DNA of 63,504 nucleotides, the filler included, from Welwitschia mirabilis (taxonomy: Eukaryota), in the NCBI GenBank assembly GCA_051453625.1. It is 7 parts of one record of this genome, joined end to end, with 100 filler letters (N's around TTAATTAATTAA, not from the genome) between each part and the next. Parts side by side here need not be neighbours in the genome. Positions count along the whole stretch, not along the records: positions 15,249 to 37,691 come from JBOZIK010000001.1; positions 37,792 to 42,174 come from JBOZIK010000001.1; 5 more parts are not named here. One strand, 5' to 3'. Position numbers and translations under genes: made by a program. The notes under the pieces are model-generated. The model was not told the origin of the DNA. It saw nothing but the letters and a program-made list of their open reading frames with translations, and made no database searches. Positions within the stretch are counted from its first letter, which is position 1; every line of letters begins with the position of its first letter. Of this stretch, positions 26,621 through 40,700 are shown piece by piece.

Positions 26621-28971
26621 TTTAACATGATAGAGTAACTTGTCTTGAAAGCCCCTCTTAATGAGGACTTTCCTCCTATCATTGTCTAAATTTCTTCTTA
26701 ATTAATTCATTAGGTAGCTATTATGCTATCAATTGAATATCTTTAACTTGACTTATGTATTACTTTATAAAGTTATCATAATTACTAATATTTTACTTGG
26801 GCATTTTAAAATGATAAAATTGAATTAATCCAATTTTAAAGACATTCAAATAACTATGAACTTCATTCAAAAGGAATATGACTTTATTCTTTTTAATTTA
26901 ATCTTTTAATGATGTGAGTATTTAGTTGTTTTTGCATGTTTTTACTTGTTTCTCATCTCATTACTTCACTTTTATCTTTACAACTACTTGGTTATGTGAA
27001 ATTTTTCTTTTCACTTTAGGGGAAAAAAGAAATTAAAAGAAAATAAATAAATAATAATCATGATCTAAGCTAAAATCATGGTCACCATGATGTCCTATCA
27101 TAAGCACACTGAGGCAAATTTTTTGGAGAGGGGCTTTGGCAGTGTGAGATGATAGCTATGGAAACTCCACTAGGGGGCTAGTTGATCATGCTATGTAGGT
27201 CCTTATTCCTTTGAAAATGGTTATATTCTACTCATCATGGTAAAATAATTATTACTTAAAGGCTATATGACTAGTGATGTCCCTAGTGTCATTAGAGGTA
27301 TTGCTTGTTTTCTATATTCATTTTGCATAGAGTAATTCCACATGATTATTCTACTTTTTTGAATTCTAGTGTTATTTTGATGTATGAGCTAGTAAGTTCA
27401 TATTTAAGTAGCTTTTTTTATTACCATTCATTGTTTAACAATATTAGACATACTTAACATTATCATAATCATTGCTTATTTGATTAGTACTTTATGAATT
27501 TTTACATATATTAAGCATTTTTCATCAAGTGATCTTATTATTTTTACCAAAGGAATTTGTTACGTTGGAATTTAGGGTAGTAAAACAATCTTATTTATGT
27601 TCATAGTTATCCATTTTTACTTTTGTTTTCTTTAGCTCTTTTTTTCAATTCGTCACAGTCATTTTCATACATTTTTAACATAAGATTTTGGATCTAATCA
27701 TTTAGTAGTTTGTTGTTAATATTACTCATAGTTTTTATCTGTGAAGGTTGTTTTTCATTTTTGACAGGTGATGATGATACTATCTTTCTTGAGTTTTAGT
27801 TTTCTACTTTTCCATGCTTACTAAGTTTGAGTACATTTAAGGAGTTCTTTTGGGCATTGCTTCTTTCTACTTAGTGCATAATTATGGTTCCATTCTTTTA
27901 TATTTGAGTTCTTCCACATAAGTATATTTTCATCATTATCATTATTTTTAAGAATGATTCTTTATTTTTTTACCATTTCCTTGATTTTCTATTGATTTTT
28001 TTATGCTTAATTATTGTTTCCCTTACTTTTAGACTTTTTTAAGTTTTTCCTATCTTCCTATAATATCATGTGATAAGTGTCATTCCACATTTGTCATCCC
28101 CATAATAGATAGGATGATAATAATCTTTTTAGCTATATTGCAACCTGGGATGTCTTGATTCACCTAAAGGAGAAGGGGTGGAACTTATTTTTGAGCTACT
28201 TCTAAGATATTAAGCAAAAATTTTAATTTTGAAAGGGTCATTTTTAGCTTTCATAATACATACTTGTGATGATATTGTTTGTATATGATTTCATATTATT
28301 TGAATAATCTTTTATGTACATTATCTAGCAAGATCATAGTAGCATAATCACAGAATTTTTCTATAGCTATGATTTAAAACATCTAAAACATTATGAATAA
28401 GGGAAATAATGTTATGACTATTATTTTAACTTCACCTCTTATAGAATATATTTAAAACTCGCTATAGATTTGTATACATCATTTGAATTATCACTACTTA
28501 GTTTATACACATTAGTTTTAGTATGACTATCTTGGATTATGCATACACATCATCATTTTCTAAAGCTATCATTATTACATCTTATAACAATTTTCTTGTG
28601 TATAACATTCATTTGTTATACTATGATGTGTTAAACATTTTAAATAGGGGTCTAATGAAGATGGAACTAATGAAGATGTTAGTATTTTTATTTCTCTGAT
28701 AATCTTATTGTAGGTATCTAACTTTCATTTTGATCTTAGAAATGATGTCGTCCTCATTTTCATTCAAATGATAAGGAGGATGGCATATCTATTATACATA
28801 CTAACCTATTATTATATTAGTTAATTAATTTTTAATGTTTATTTTTACATGGTAAAAATTCTTAAACTTAATTTACATGTTTTCTAGTTATTGATTATCC
28901 TAATAAAATTGGCTTAAAATATGATTGATCACTTACTTTATCATGGATTAACAAAGCTAAGTAGGAGGCTA

Positions 28972-30200
28972 TGTTGTGATTCCAATTTGTAGGATTTTGA
29001 TGGGGTATTTTAAGTACTTTTATAGGAAATTTATACAAGTTTAGATGCAATTCTAATTATTATGGAGAATTGATGAAATGATCACTAAAACGTGTAATTC
29101 TCAGGATATTTTGAGGAATCTCAAGCATATTCTAATACGTTGTGTCTTGAAAAAAAAGATTAACAATTTAGAAGAATAATTTTTATTAAGCGAAAAAGAT
29201 AAAGAGGCATGTCGTTCCCTGTATCATCTCCACAATAGTTAGGATGATACTACTACTAAAATGAACTAAAGCTACAAAGTTAACTATGATGCTTGAAGCT
29301 AATTGATTACCTCTTCTTATGAATTACCATTTCCATTATCATCCCCGTGATAGTTAAAATGATAACAATTTTGTATGAATAAAAATAATTATATTTGTAA
29401 TGGGGTCATATGCCCCATATGGATTGCTAAGGTTTCTTCTCTAACTTTTAAGGTTTCGCTTCTAGAACTTCAATGTAAAACTATAAATAACCCTCTTTGC
29501 CTTTCCTTCCATTTCCATATTTTTTACCATATATTCCTTTGATGGAAGATTGAAGAATAAGAGGCTCATCCATTAGTTATAGAGAAAATATTTCCTTGGT
29601 TTTGATGATACTACTTTGTTATAAGTATATAATAAATTGATGATTAATTCAAGAACTCTTTTCAGTTCTATTATGTAAATCTCCCTTCTGGTTTAAGTTG
29701 ATTATGATTTGGTGATAGCTTTATAATTTATCTAGAACATAAGGGTAACCTCTAGTCAGGTTGGTATTGTTAGCTTAGATCTTGCATTGCATTTCATTTA
29801 ATTTCATTTTTATATTTGCATATATTCATATTCTATTTGGTACATCTTATAGCTTATGTTAGTTAGAGATAAGTAACAAATCTTTCTAATTGATATAAGT
29901 TATAAAGACTAATCTTGGTGATAAGAAGATTAGTAGTTAAATGAACCCATCATTCATCCATTTTCATTTCATCATCATTCATCTTACATTACATTTACAT
30001 TATTCTTTATCTTCATTTACCAAAGGAAAAATACTAAAAATACTTTGTAAAATCAATTTACTAACTCCTATCCTAGTGCCTTTAATGGATTATGACATTT
30101 GGATTGACTTTCATTTATACTAGTATGTATTTTTTTGCAAGTGTTATGATTTACAAGTTTTACCTAAGGACTTAAAGATTGCACAAATTCACACCAAATA
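28972..30200 (+). repeat. 3' LTR (~1.23 kb), preceded by PPT AAGTAGGAGGCTA
   Basis: Starts TGTTGTGATTCC, ends ...TTCACACCAAATA. Matches the 5' LTR and 4101-5498 (reverse complement). Confidence 0.9.
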
Positions 30201-32623
30201 AATACTAAAGAAAGAAAACAAATTTAATCAACTATTCAATTGATGAAAAAATAAATTCAAGAAAGAAAGTAATAGTTAATAGATCAGTGAACCCTCTATC
30301 TTTTTTATGAGAATTAAACAAATAGAACATTTATAAAATGAGAAGACATAAATATTTAATAAAAACTTTAAAACATATAATAGTATCATTACATCTTTTA
30401 AAATTACTAAAAGATGTACTTATGTATTAAAAACAAATAAAGATCATATGCTTAAAATGAAGGAATAAAAAAAGATAAAATGGAAAAAATAAATTAAGAT
30501 ATTTAGAAAAGATCAAGTGTCTTGGGCTTCGACCCAAGTTCCTCAAAATAAATAACATAAAAAATTAAAATCATCTAAGAAGACCTATGATACATATTAA
30601 AATAGCTGGAAAGCTTAAAGTAGAAACACTTGTGAATCTAGGATCAAGTATTAATGTAATGGCATATGAAAATTATGTGGAACTAGGAAAATCAAAGTTG
30701 ATACCTTATTATGAAAAATGTACCTTATTAAGAAAAAGTGTACATGGTAGATGGTTTAGTAATGGCACTAAAAAGAGTTATAAATGATATACTCATTAAA
30801 CTCTAATAATTTATCTACTTGATAGATTGTTTAGTGATGAAGACTGGGGGAGATATCCATGCAATAATTTTAAGAAGACTTTGGATGGCTCCTATAGATG
30901 CTACTATTTATTTTAAAAAAGGGTTCATAGAAATCAGTTTAGCAGATCTTAAAAAAGAGATCAAGTTATCTGATGCAGCAGTTATAGAGGAAATGGTACA
31001 TAATATAAAAGCTAAAACCAAGGCAAGTCTAACATAAGAGGTTAATATGATGTTAAATAAGCAAAATTAAAAAAAGTATAAAGAAGAAAGGTTTGACATC
31101 CCTGGAAATAAAAAAACCTTAGCTTAAGAAAGGATTAGAGTATATAAAAGTAGTTTTAAGTAAACCTTTAATTATAAATAGTTCTTTATCTTATTCTTAG
31201 AAAAGGAAGCTTAAAAGAATATTAATTAAAAAAAAGATAATTTGCTTAAGATTATACTGATATTTAAGAAATAGATAAAAAAATATATCAATATAAAATT
31301 TATTTAAACACTTCTATTAAACTAAGCAGATAGCTAGAAAGAAGATGTAATCCACATATGCAAGAAGTAATTTCCTAAACTCTTGGATGTTGGATTCATC
31401 TATCCCATATACCATTTAGAATGGATTAGTTCAATCATAATGGTATTCGAAAAAGGAAATAAATGAAGAGTATGTATAAATTTTCAAATGTTGAATACAA
31501 CAACTTATAAAGATCATTTTTCTCTTTCATTTATAGATCAAGTTTTAGAAAGAGTATCTAGACATTAGTATTATAGCTTTTTTGATGGATATAATGGATA
31601 TAATCAGGTTCTAATAGCTTTAAGCCAAAATAATTTTTACTTGTCATTGGGGTACTTATTCTTATAATGTATTATCATTTGGATTATGTAATGCCTCTGG
31701 TACTTTCCAAAGGTAAGTAGATAGTATGTTTCAAGATATGATAGGGAGATTTTTTGAAGTATTTATGGATTATTTCTCAACTTTGGAAAATAATTTTGAT
31801 GAGTCACTTGACATATTGAAAAGAGTTTTAGAAAAGTGTGAAGAAAACCACCTAAAACGTAGCTAGTAAAAAAGTCATTTTATGATGACAGAAGGCATAG
31901 TTTTGGGACATAAAATATCTCAAAAAGGGATTGAGACTGATAAATAAAATTTAAAGTTATAAAATATATTTTACCCCTAACTAAATAAAAGAATTAAGAT
32001 CTTTCTTAGGGCATGTTAGATATTAAAGAAGATTCATGTCTAACTTTAGTAAAATTGCTAAACCTCTAAGTAACCTTTCATAGAAGGATGTGGAATATAA
32101 TTAGACTGATGAATGCCAAAGTGTCTATAAAACTGTAAAATATAAACTTTCACTAGCACTTATTTTATAGGGACCTAATTGGACAAGACCATTTCACATT
32201 ATAACTGATGCATCTAGGCATGTTATGGGAGTTGTTTTGGGGTAAAAAGATGAAAACAATAAATCATATACTATTGTCTATATTAGTAAGAACTTTAAAC
32301 TATCTTAACAAAATTGCATAGTAACTAAGAAAGATTTTTTAGTAGTAGTAATGGCATTAAAAAATTCAAACACTATATTTTAAATTATGAAGTAATAGTT
32401 CATATAGACCATAGTGCTATTAGATTTTCAATGAATAAAAAAAGCTAATTCAAGAATTACAATATAGATATTATTAATGTAAGAATTTGACTTAAAAATT
32501 ATGAATAGAGGAAGGATAAAAATTGTAGTAGCATATCATCTCTCAAAATTAAGATTTCCTAATGAAGAATAAATAAATATAAAAGATGAATTTCTACATG
32601 AACATCTCTTTTAAGTAAAAAAT
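30201..32623 (+). pseudogene. pol: Family D Athila-like pol fragment 1: protease ~30580-30930, RT ~31370-31940, RNase H ~32200-32550
   Basis: LVNLGSSINVM (PR); LLDVGFIYPI, KDHFSLSFIDQVLER, FFDGYNGYNQ, FGLCNASGTFQ, EVFMDYFS (RT); HIITDAS (RH). Confidence 0.9.
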
Positions 32624-32710
32624 TGTTATAACTCACATTTTGTAAGCTTTAATTAATAGAGTTTCTAAACTATGTAAAACATTTTTGACATCAATTCTAA
32701 TGAAAATCCT
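32624..32710 (+). mobile_element. LTR start inserted after RNase H of family D
   Basis: TGTTATAACTCACATTTTGTAAGCTTTAATTAATAG is the reverse complement of 16421-16481. Confidence 0.75.
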
Positions 32711-32810
32711 NNNNNNNNNNNNNNNNNNNNNNNNNNNNNNNNNNNNNNNNNNNNNNNNNNNNNNNNNNNNNNNNNNNNNNNNNNNNNNNNNNNNNNNNNN
32801 NNNNNNNNNN

Positions 32811-35020
32811 TTTACCTATCATTGGGGTACTGATGCCTATAAGGTATTACCATTTGGATTATGTAATGCCCCTACTACCTTTCAAAGTTTGGTAAATAGT
32901 ATTTTTAAGATATGATAGGAAGATCTATTAAAGTATTTATGGATGATTTAACAACTTTTAGAAATAATTTTGATGAGGCACTTGATAAATTTGAAAGATT
33001 TTTAGAAAGATGTAAAGAGAAATGCATAAAACTTAGCTGGTTGAAAAACCATTTTATGGTGATAGAAGGTATAATTCTAGGACATAAAATATCTTAAAAA
33101 GGAATTGAGACTAATGAATAAAAAATCAAACTCACAAAATATATTTTACCCTCAATCAAACTTAAAGAGTTAAGATCTTTCTTAAGGCATGTTGAATATT
33201 ATAAAAGATCTATATCTAACTTTAGTAAAATTACTAAACTTGTGAGTAACCTTTTACAAAAAGACATAGAATATAATTGATCTAAGGGGTATCAAGGTTC
33301 TTATCAAACTCTAAAATATAAACTTTTATTAGCACCTATTTCACAAAGATCTAGTTGAACAAGACTATTCCACATTATGATCAATACCTTTAGTCATGCT
33401 ATGAGATATGTTTAAAGGTAAAAAATAAAATAATAAATCATTTTCTATTGCCTATATTAACAAGAAATTTAAATTAGATTAACAAAAATATGTAGTAATT
33501 GAGAAAGCATTGTTAGTAGTAGTGATGGTATTAAAAACTTTAGATATTAGTTATAAAGTAAAATTTTACAAACTATAGTGTGATAAGATTTTTGATGAAT
33601 AAAAAAAGGGGTAATTTAAGAATTATGAGATGGAGACTATTGATGCAAGAATTTAACTTAAAAATTATTAATAGAAGAGAGACAAAAAATGTGGTGGTAG
33701 ATTATCTCTCAAGATTAGAATTTTTTAATGAATAATAAGAAACTATATGAGATGAATTTGCAAGTAAACATTTTTTTAAAGTAAAAACTAGTCCATGTTA
33801 TGCTAACACAGCAAATTTTACTATAAGTAAGAAACTACCATCTTTAATGAATTATTATGAAATAAAACATTTATTAAGAGAGTCTAGAGACTACATATAA
33901 CATGATAAGATTTTATTTAAAATATGTAAAGATTATGTTATTAGAAGATGTGTAAAACAAAATTTATAGAAATAAATTTTGAAGGAATATTAGAAAGGAG
34001 AAGAAGGAGGAAATTATGATGCAAGAGGATAAAATTTGTTCATATGGAATATTACTAGCCCATAATATTTAAAGATTCAAATGCTTATGTCTAGAGCTAT
34101 GATTAGTGTCAAAGAAATGGAGTATTTAATAAGAAATTAGAAATGTTATAATAAGTAATTTAGTATATTAAAACTTTTAATATTTGGGAAATAGATTTCA
34201 TTAGAGCCATCAATACTTCCTCCTATGAAAAAGGATATATTTTGGTTTGTATTAATTACTTTACTAAGTGGGATGAGGCTAACGCTATATCTCACTATTC
34301 TTCTCAAATTGTAGTTACCTTCTTTCTTAAGAATATTTTCTATCAGTTTGAAGCCCATTAAAGCCTTATATCTAATAGATGAAGTTAGTTTACAAGTGAA
34401 ATTTTCAAGAAACTTCTAAATCAACATGAATTTAATCACAAACGCTTTACTACCTATCATCCTCAATCTAATGAACAAGCTAAAGTGACTAGTAAAGAAA
34501 TTATAAAATATTAAAAAAAGTCATAAATATTAAGAAGATAGATTAGGATAATAAATCTAATGAATCTCTATAGGCTTATAGAATAACTTTGAGACATACA
34601 TAGGATTTACATCTTGTGAATTAGTCTATAGAAAAAGAGCTATTTTTTAATTTAATTTAGAATTAAAACCTTTAAATTGTCTAAAGAACAAAAATGTAAT
34701 TTGCATATAGATTAAGAAGAATGAATAAAAAGAATGAATATTTTAGATGAAAACAAAAAAAGAAGCTCTTGTACAAATAGAACTTATATAATAAAAAAAT
34801 TAAAATATGTCATGATAATAAAATTGGAAAAACCAACCTTAATATAGGAGATTTTGTACTAGTATATAAACCTAAAAAGATCCATTCAAAACAAAAATAT
34901 GAATACAATGGGCTACCTTATACTATAACAAAAATTTTAAAAAATGGAGCTATAAAGATATATAATCTTGATTGAAAAGTAACAACTAAGCAAATGAATA
35001 GAGAATAAAAATGTATTATG
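32811..35020 (+). pseudogene. pol: Family D pol fragment 2: RT C-terminal half, RNase H and integrase
   Basis: WGTDAYKVLPFGLCNAPTTFQ, KVFMDD, LSWLKNHFMVIEGIILGHKIS; TTYHPQSNEQAKVT at ~34450. Confidence 0.9.
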
Positions 35021-36344
35021 ATCATAAATAATTTCTTCACTATTTAAGAAACCTAATAGTGTGGAAATAATACTTTCACTCTACTTATAAAATAAAAATT
35101 TTTAGACTAGAGAATAAAGAATGTGTCATTTTGTTAAAGTTTATTTAAAATAGTAATTTATTAAGTTATTCAAGATAAAGCTAATGATACTAAAAGAAGA
35201 AGCTAACTTAATAAGTTTTTAATAAGAGATAGTGAATTATCCTTATTAATAAACTTGAGGAGATACATTCCATCACATAATAAAATATCTTCTAGTAAAT
35301 ATATATTTTTTAGAGAGAGAGAGAGAGAGGAGAAATTATTGTGGTTTACTGCAAGTGCACTAAGGCAAATATTCTCGAGAGGGACCTTTGGTAGTGCAAT
35401 AAAGTACTTATGATAACTTCACTAAGGGGTCAGTTGGTCACAATCTAGATTTCAAAAAAAAAAAATTGGATTCTTACACCTATGACAATGGTTACACTAT
35501 CCTTATTATTGTTAGAAATTTAAGTTATGACAAATAAAAGTTAAAGAATAGTTGTATCCTAGGAGTCATCTGAAACACAGCTAGTTGCCAAGGCTACAAC
35601 TATATATCATAGCTAACAAAAAAAGAAAAAAAGAGAAAAAGAATTTTATTCTAGTATGTGATGGAATGTAAACCAAAATATTTTTAATTTAATAGCATGG
35701 ACAATAATTAAATTCTATTTTAAAAAAGGATAAAGCTTCATAGTTTTAAAATCATTTTGCATTCTCTTGACAATTTGATAAATTATTTAGCATGAATTAT
35801 CTTTAATGAAACTAATATGTTCATAAGAAAATTAAAAATAGTCATGAAATAAATTTATTCAAAACCAAAATAAAAAATAAAAACTTTATTAAATAAAGAA
35901 ATTTATTACATCATTTCTTAAGACATAACAAAGCCTTGCTCAAACTATTTAAAACTAAGGAATAAATCACTCTAATAAAGAAAATTAATCCTTGAAGTAG
36001 CCAGAGAACTTATTATTTTGATTAGAATGGCTTGTCTTAGATGATGATGCTATAGAACTCTCACCCAAGGGTAGTGTATTCATTTCACTTAGGAATTTTG
36101 ATAACATATTAATTTCGTCTTGGTGAGCTCACCAAAAGTCCTTGTAAGGCTTTGCATTCTGTATCGTCTTCTCTATGATCTTCCCATCAAAACATAATGT
36201 ACTTAGACTAAGTACAGTATTCATTCCTTAAAGCTGATCAACTCTCTGGTTTTCCATCTACATTCATCTAGCTAATTGACCTAAGGAAACATCATAAGCT
36301 AAGTCTTCTTGATTAAGTTGCTGTTATATCTCTTCTGTCCTAAC
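35021..36344 (+). mobile_element. 3' internal region of family D element, interrupted at 36345 by element C
   Basis: Follows the integrase. Contains the conserved motif at 35343-35511 and layout similarity to 50230-51500. Confidence 0.65.
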
Positions 36345-37623
36345 TATTTGCATGCCATAATTAACATTTTAAGCAAGTATAATTGATAAATTTAGCATAA
36401 TAAAAGACACTAAATTTATCAATTTATCATAAAATATTGTCTTCTATTATTTTTAAAACAAAACTTAATGGTATGTTTTTCTTCAAAATGATTATAGGTC
36501 TTTAGCCATGTTTTTGAATACATGGTGGAAGATGGTCATAATTTCTCATACAACAATGATGATAATAAAGAAATGAAGTGGCAACATGTAGTAGTAACAT
36601 TGAAAGACATGTGGTAGAGGCATGTGGAGATGGCATTAGAGACATGCGCCAGTGGCACTAGTTGGTAAAGGATTCTGGCTCCAAAGATTACATGTTGAAC
36701 TCATCATGACAAAGATTCTATCAACTACTATATGATGATACCCATCAAGTACTATAAAATCACCTCTACTAGATGCTAACTAATAAAATATTCTACTTAA
36801 TGCTAGAGGACAAAATCTTATATAACTAATGCTATAAGACAACCTCCACCAAATGCTAGAAAAAATCTTTTACTTAATTCTAAATGATAAAGATTCTACC
36901 TAACACTACAAGATAAGAGTTTATAACCATTTCTTCCCTCATATCTCTCTATAAAAGGGCATTGAACCATTTATTTTTATCATCTTTTACTTGACTTATC
37001 ATGGGAAAGACTTAAAGGCTATAATGACATGGTGCTCTAATACTCTTTCATGGGAGTAAAATAATCCATGGCTAGTTGAGGAGTTCTTATTCTTTTTCTC
37101 CTCCACTAATGTAATTTATATTTCTTTAAAGTTTAATACAAGAATTGGTTTAAGCTCTTTTATTGTTAATACATAATTTTCATTAGTATTAGCAATGTTT
37201 AGATTGGACTAGTTCTTAAAGTAGGTTTTATTCTTTTTTTGTTAATATGTAGTAAAATGGTATTAGCAATCTTTAAGTAAATATTATTTAATTTAATTTT
37301 TTAAAATAATGTGAGTTATTTAATGTTGATTTTTTGATTTACAGTTCCTATTGTTTGACTTATTTTATGCACGTAGATTCATACTTTCTATGCTTATAAA
37401 GGGATATGAAGTATTGAGTGGACTTGATAACTAACCAACACTCATATGATGGATGAGATTATGCCTTCATGTTAAGCCTTAATGACTTGATAATTGTAAG
37501 TGTATTTTAGGGTACAAGAATATTTGGAGCAAAGGAGAAGATTTGGATGAATTATTAGATCTTTAAAGCATTTCCATTCCCTTGCATTGCTAACTGAATA
37601 TCACTTTCTCTTTCTTATGCTTT

Positions 37624-37691
<68 letters not shown>
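36345..37691 (+). repeat. LTR of Athila-like element C, truncated at a (CT)n run and gap
   Basis: Colinear with 41367-42174 from the first bases (TATTTGCATGCC vs TGCTCGCATGCT). TATA CTATAAAAGGG at ~36949. Confidence 0.88.
37628..37691. repeat. (TC)n microsatellite at contig end
   Basis: At least 30 TC units running into the gap. Confidence 0.95.
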
Positions 37692-37791
37692 NNNNNNNNN
37701 NNNNNNNNNNNNNNNNNNNNNNNNNNNNNNNNNNNTTAATTAATTAANNNNNNNNNNNNNNNNNNNNNNNNNNNNNNNNNNNNNNNNNNNN

Positions 37792-40700
37792 AATTCATAA
37801 GCTAAAACTTAAACCATAACTCTTATGATTTGTGTGTTTTGTATATTATTTTTTCAATTTTTGTAAATTTTTTGTATATTTTTAGTTCTATTTCAGTTTT
37901 TATTTTTTCTATAATTTTTTAATAAAATTAAAAAATGTTAGGTTTACTTTTCTAGATTGCAAAAATTTAAGTTTTAGATGTTTTTAAGTTTATGTTATCT
38001 TTTTCTTATACTTTACAACCTAAAACATCTTATGCTCCTCTGAAACCAATCTTTGTATTCTTCTGATCATCTTTGTTCAATCAAACTAGCACCACCACCT
38101 TCCTTGATTGGCACTATTGGTATTCCTTCTTAGGCTACTTTTTCTTTTACCTAAATCCATTTATGACCTTTTTAAACCATTTTTTATTATAGGCTTCCTC
38201 AGAAACTGTGAAAAACTTAAAAAATGCGGACTCTTAACCTAAATCATCAATCATATACTTGAACTTAAATAATGAGTTAGGCCCAAAATCCATTGTAAAT
38301 AGCTTCCAACCATTAAATTTCTATCCCTATAATTTCTAGAATGATAATTAATCTAAACAAAGTGTAGGATATTTCGTTAGACCAAAACAAACTACTAGGG
38401 AATTACCTTTATTGTAATTCATAATGATCACAACCCTTAGATTCTTCTAATAATAGAAAGATATTTAAAAAGTACCCTTAACTCCTCCATACATATATCA
38501 AACTCCTTATAACTTTGAACTCAAAAATCCCTATCATGAACCAAGAAAGTTTGATCCCACTTCTTCCTTCATCTCTTATGATCCCTATCCCTCAACTTCC
38601 TATCTGTTATCCTTTAATTCATATGCTTCCTTTTCTTTTCAATACACTTCATTATTTGATCACCACTTATTAACTTCATACACTCAACAACCCTCTTCAA
38701 ATTCATTAGAAGACACTCTTATGAGATTCATGAAAGCCCATATGCAAGCAAACCAAATACAAATGCAAATAAACTAAAGACTTGAGTATGATATCCAACA
38801 ATTAATCTAAGTTACTCCTCAGAACCCTAATGCATTATAAGAATAAAACCTTTCTACGTTCCATGCATTCACAAGCCTAAAAGGCCTTGAATGGATTAGT
38901 GAAACTAAAATCAATAACACCCAAACCTTATCCCTCAGAAATGAGCACAAAAGACTATAAAGAAACCAATGGTGAAATCCAAGAAGACCTTGAGTTTAGA
39001 CATTACTTAAAGAGTGAATGGTTGTGTGAATGTGGATTATACTTTGAAGTATAATTATTTACATCAAATGATGATTAATTCATAGTAAGTAAGTAAACAT
39101 TTAAGGAAGAAGAAAAATTTTGATGCTAAATAATAGATGATGAAAGTGACATTGATGAAATTGAACTTATTCTTGAATGTCAACCAATGTTGCCTATGTA
39201 ACCTTAAGAGAAGGAATTTCTTAAGGACCTTAACAAAGAACATAATATTAATCAAGGTTCCTATTGTGATCCATACTTTGATCAATATTTTTCTCAACAA
39301 CTTATTGAATCAAATATGCCATCTTTATCTTTTGACCAAGACTTAAATCTACATGATAAGACAAACCCTTTAGATGATCAAAACCATTTTCTAATACTTC
39401 TTTTGATGATTAATCACCTTTTCCTATTATTTCTTATTCAACTTTATCTTCATTAAAAAATGATTTCTTGCACGAGTAATTGAGTAAATACGAATATGCC
39501 AAGGATTAGAAGATTTTTTATTTTGAATGAATTAATTTTACTGTTGGTGTTAATGTTCTTTCCAATTTTATGAATTTATGTATAAATGTTTATAGGAATT
39601 CAATCACCTCTTTAAATGATTTTATGTAATCTTGATTCATCATTCAGATATTGCATTTATTATTTTGAGCCTTCAAATGTACAATACCTTTAAAAAAATC
39701 CAAAAAATAATTTTGTTTTATTTCATGCATTTAGATTAGATTTTTCTTTCAGTATCTATTTTACTTTTAGAATAAATTCTAGTTTGAAAAAAATTAAAAA
39801 TGCTTAAAAAGTTTCTGATGAATTCCCTTTTAATCTTTAACTGCCTAAGCATTTCCACCTATATAATCACTAATTTCATCCACATCGCTGAATAANNNNN
39901 NNNNNNNNNNNNNNNNNNNNNNNNNNNNNNNNNNNNNNNNNNNNNNNNNNNNNNNNNNNNNNNNNNNNNNNNNNNNNNNNNNNNNNNNNNNNNNNAGCAT
40001 TTCCACCTATATAATCACTAATTTCATCCACATCGCTGAATAAACTATCATTGCTTTTGCTTTTATCTTTTACCACCCTTTATTTGGCCCCATCTCATAA
40101 AGTCCACTAGTCATCCTTCCCTTCCATTTATCCATGAGTTCATTAGATTAGATAATCCTAGTTAATGACTATAAGTAAATAAATAGTTAATGAGTAATCA
40201 CACTAGTATTTTGAATTAGGTATAATTTAAGTTTACCTATAATTTTTGATAATAAGTTTTGATTATTTTCAAGTTAAACTATTAATACTAGATTTTACTT
40301 AAGCTTTTCCAATGAAAAAATATGGTTGAATTAAGGTAGAATCTACAATCATGTTAAGTAAATTGTTTTTAAGCATTTTTTTGTGGATAAGAATTATCTT
40401 GATTAGGTTAATGAGCAATGATTCTTTATATGCATAAAAATTATTGAATATGAGAATGATGATTAAAAAGAAAATAAAAATGTCTCCTCTTTACAAAACA
40501 ATATTATTTTTTAGTCATTAACAATTATGTTTAGTTAGTTGCATAAGGGCTATGGAAGCTCATAGGCAATGCATCTCTAACAATTCAACTTATGAGATGT
40601 TCAACTGCATCAGGGCTATAAATGCTCATTGGTAATGTAGCATTGACTGTACTCCTTTATAAATCAACATGTTTAACTTTGTTGGAAGGAGATGTCATGA

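Larger units (their letters stand above)
20012..30200 (+). mobile_element. Near full-length Athila-like Ty3/gypsy element, family A (5' LTR truncated by gap), heavily decayed
   Basis: 5' LTR remnant 20012-20757, PBS, gag-PR-RT-RH-INT remnants, ~2.3 kb non-coding 3' region, PPT and 3' LTR 28972-~30200. Confidence 0.93.

Noticed and set aside
26700-28970. Expected Athila env-like ORF in the family A 3' region
   Set aside because: No consistent frame across the three available copies; T-rich and apparently non-coding.
15836-30205. A single family A element from LTR start 15841 to LTR end 30200 splitting one host gypsy
   Set aside because: No matching TSD (AAGAA vs AATAC), overlapping LTR segments at 15995-16080 and 16482-16575 show more than one copy, and gaps intervene.
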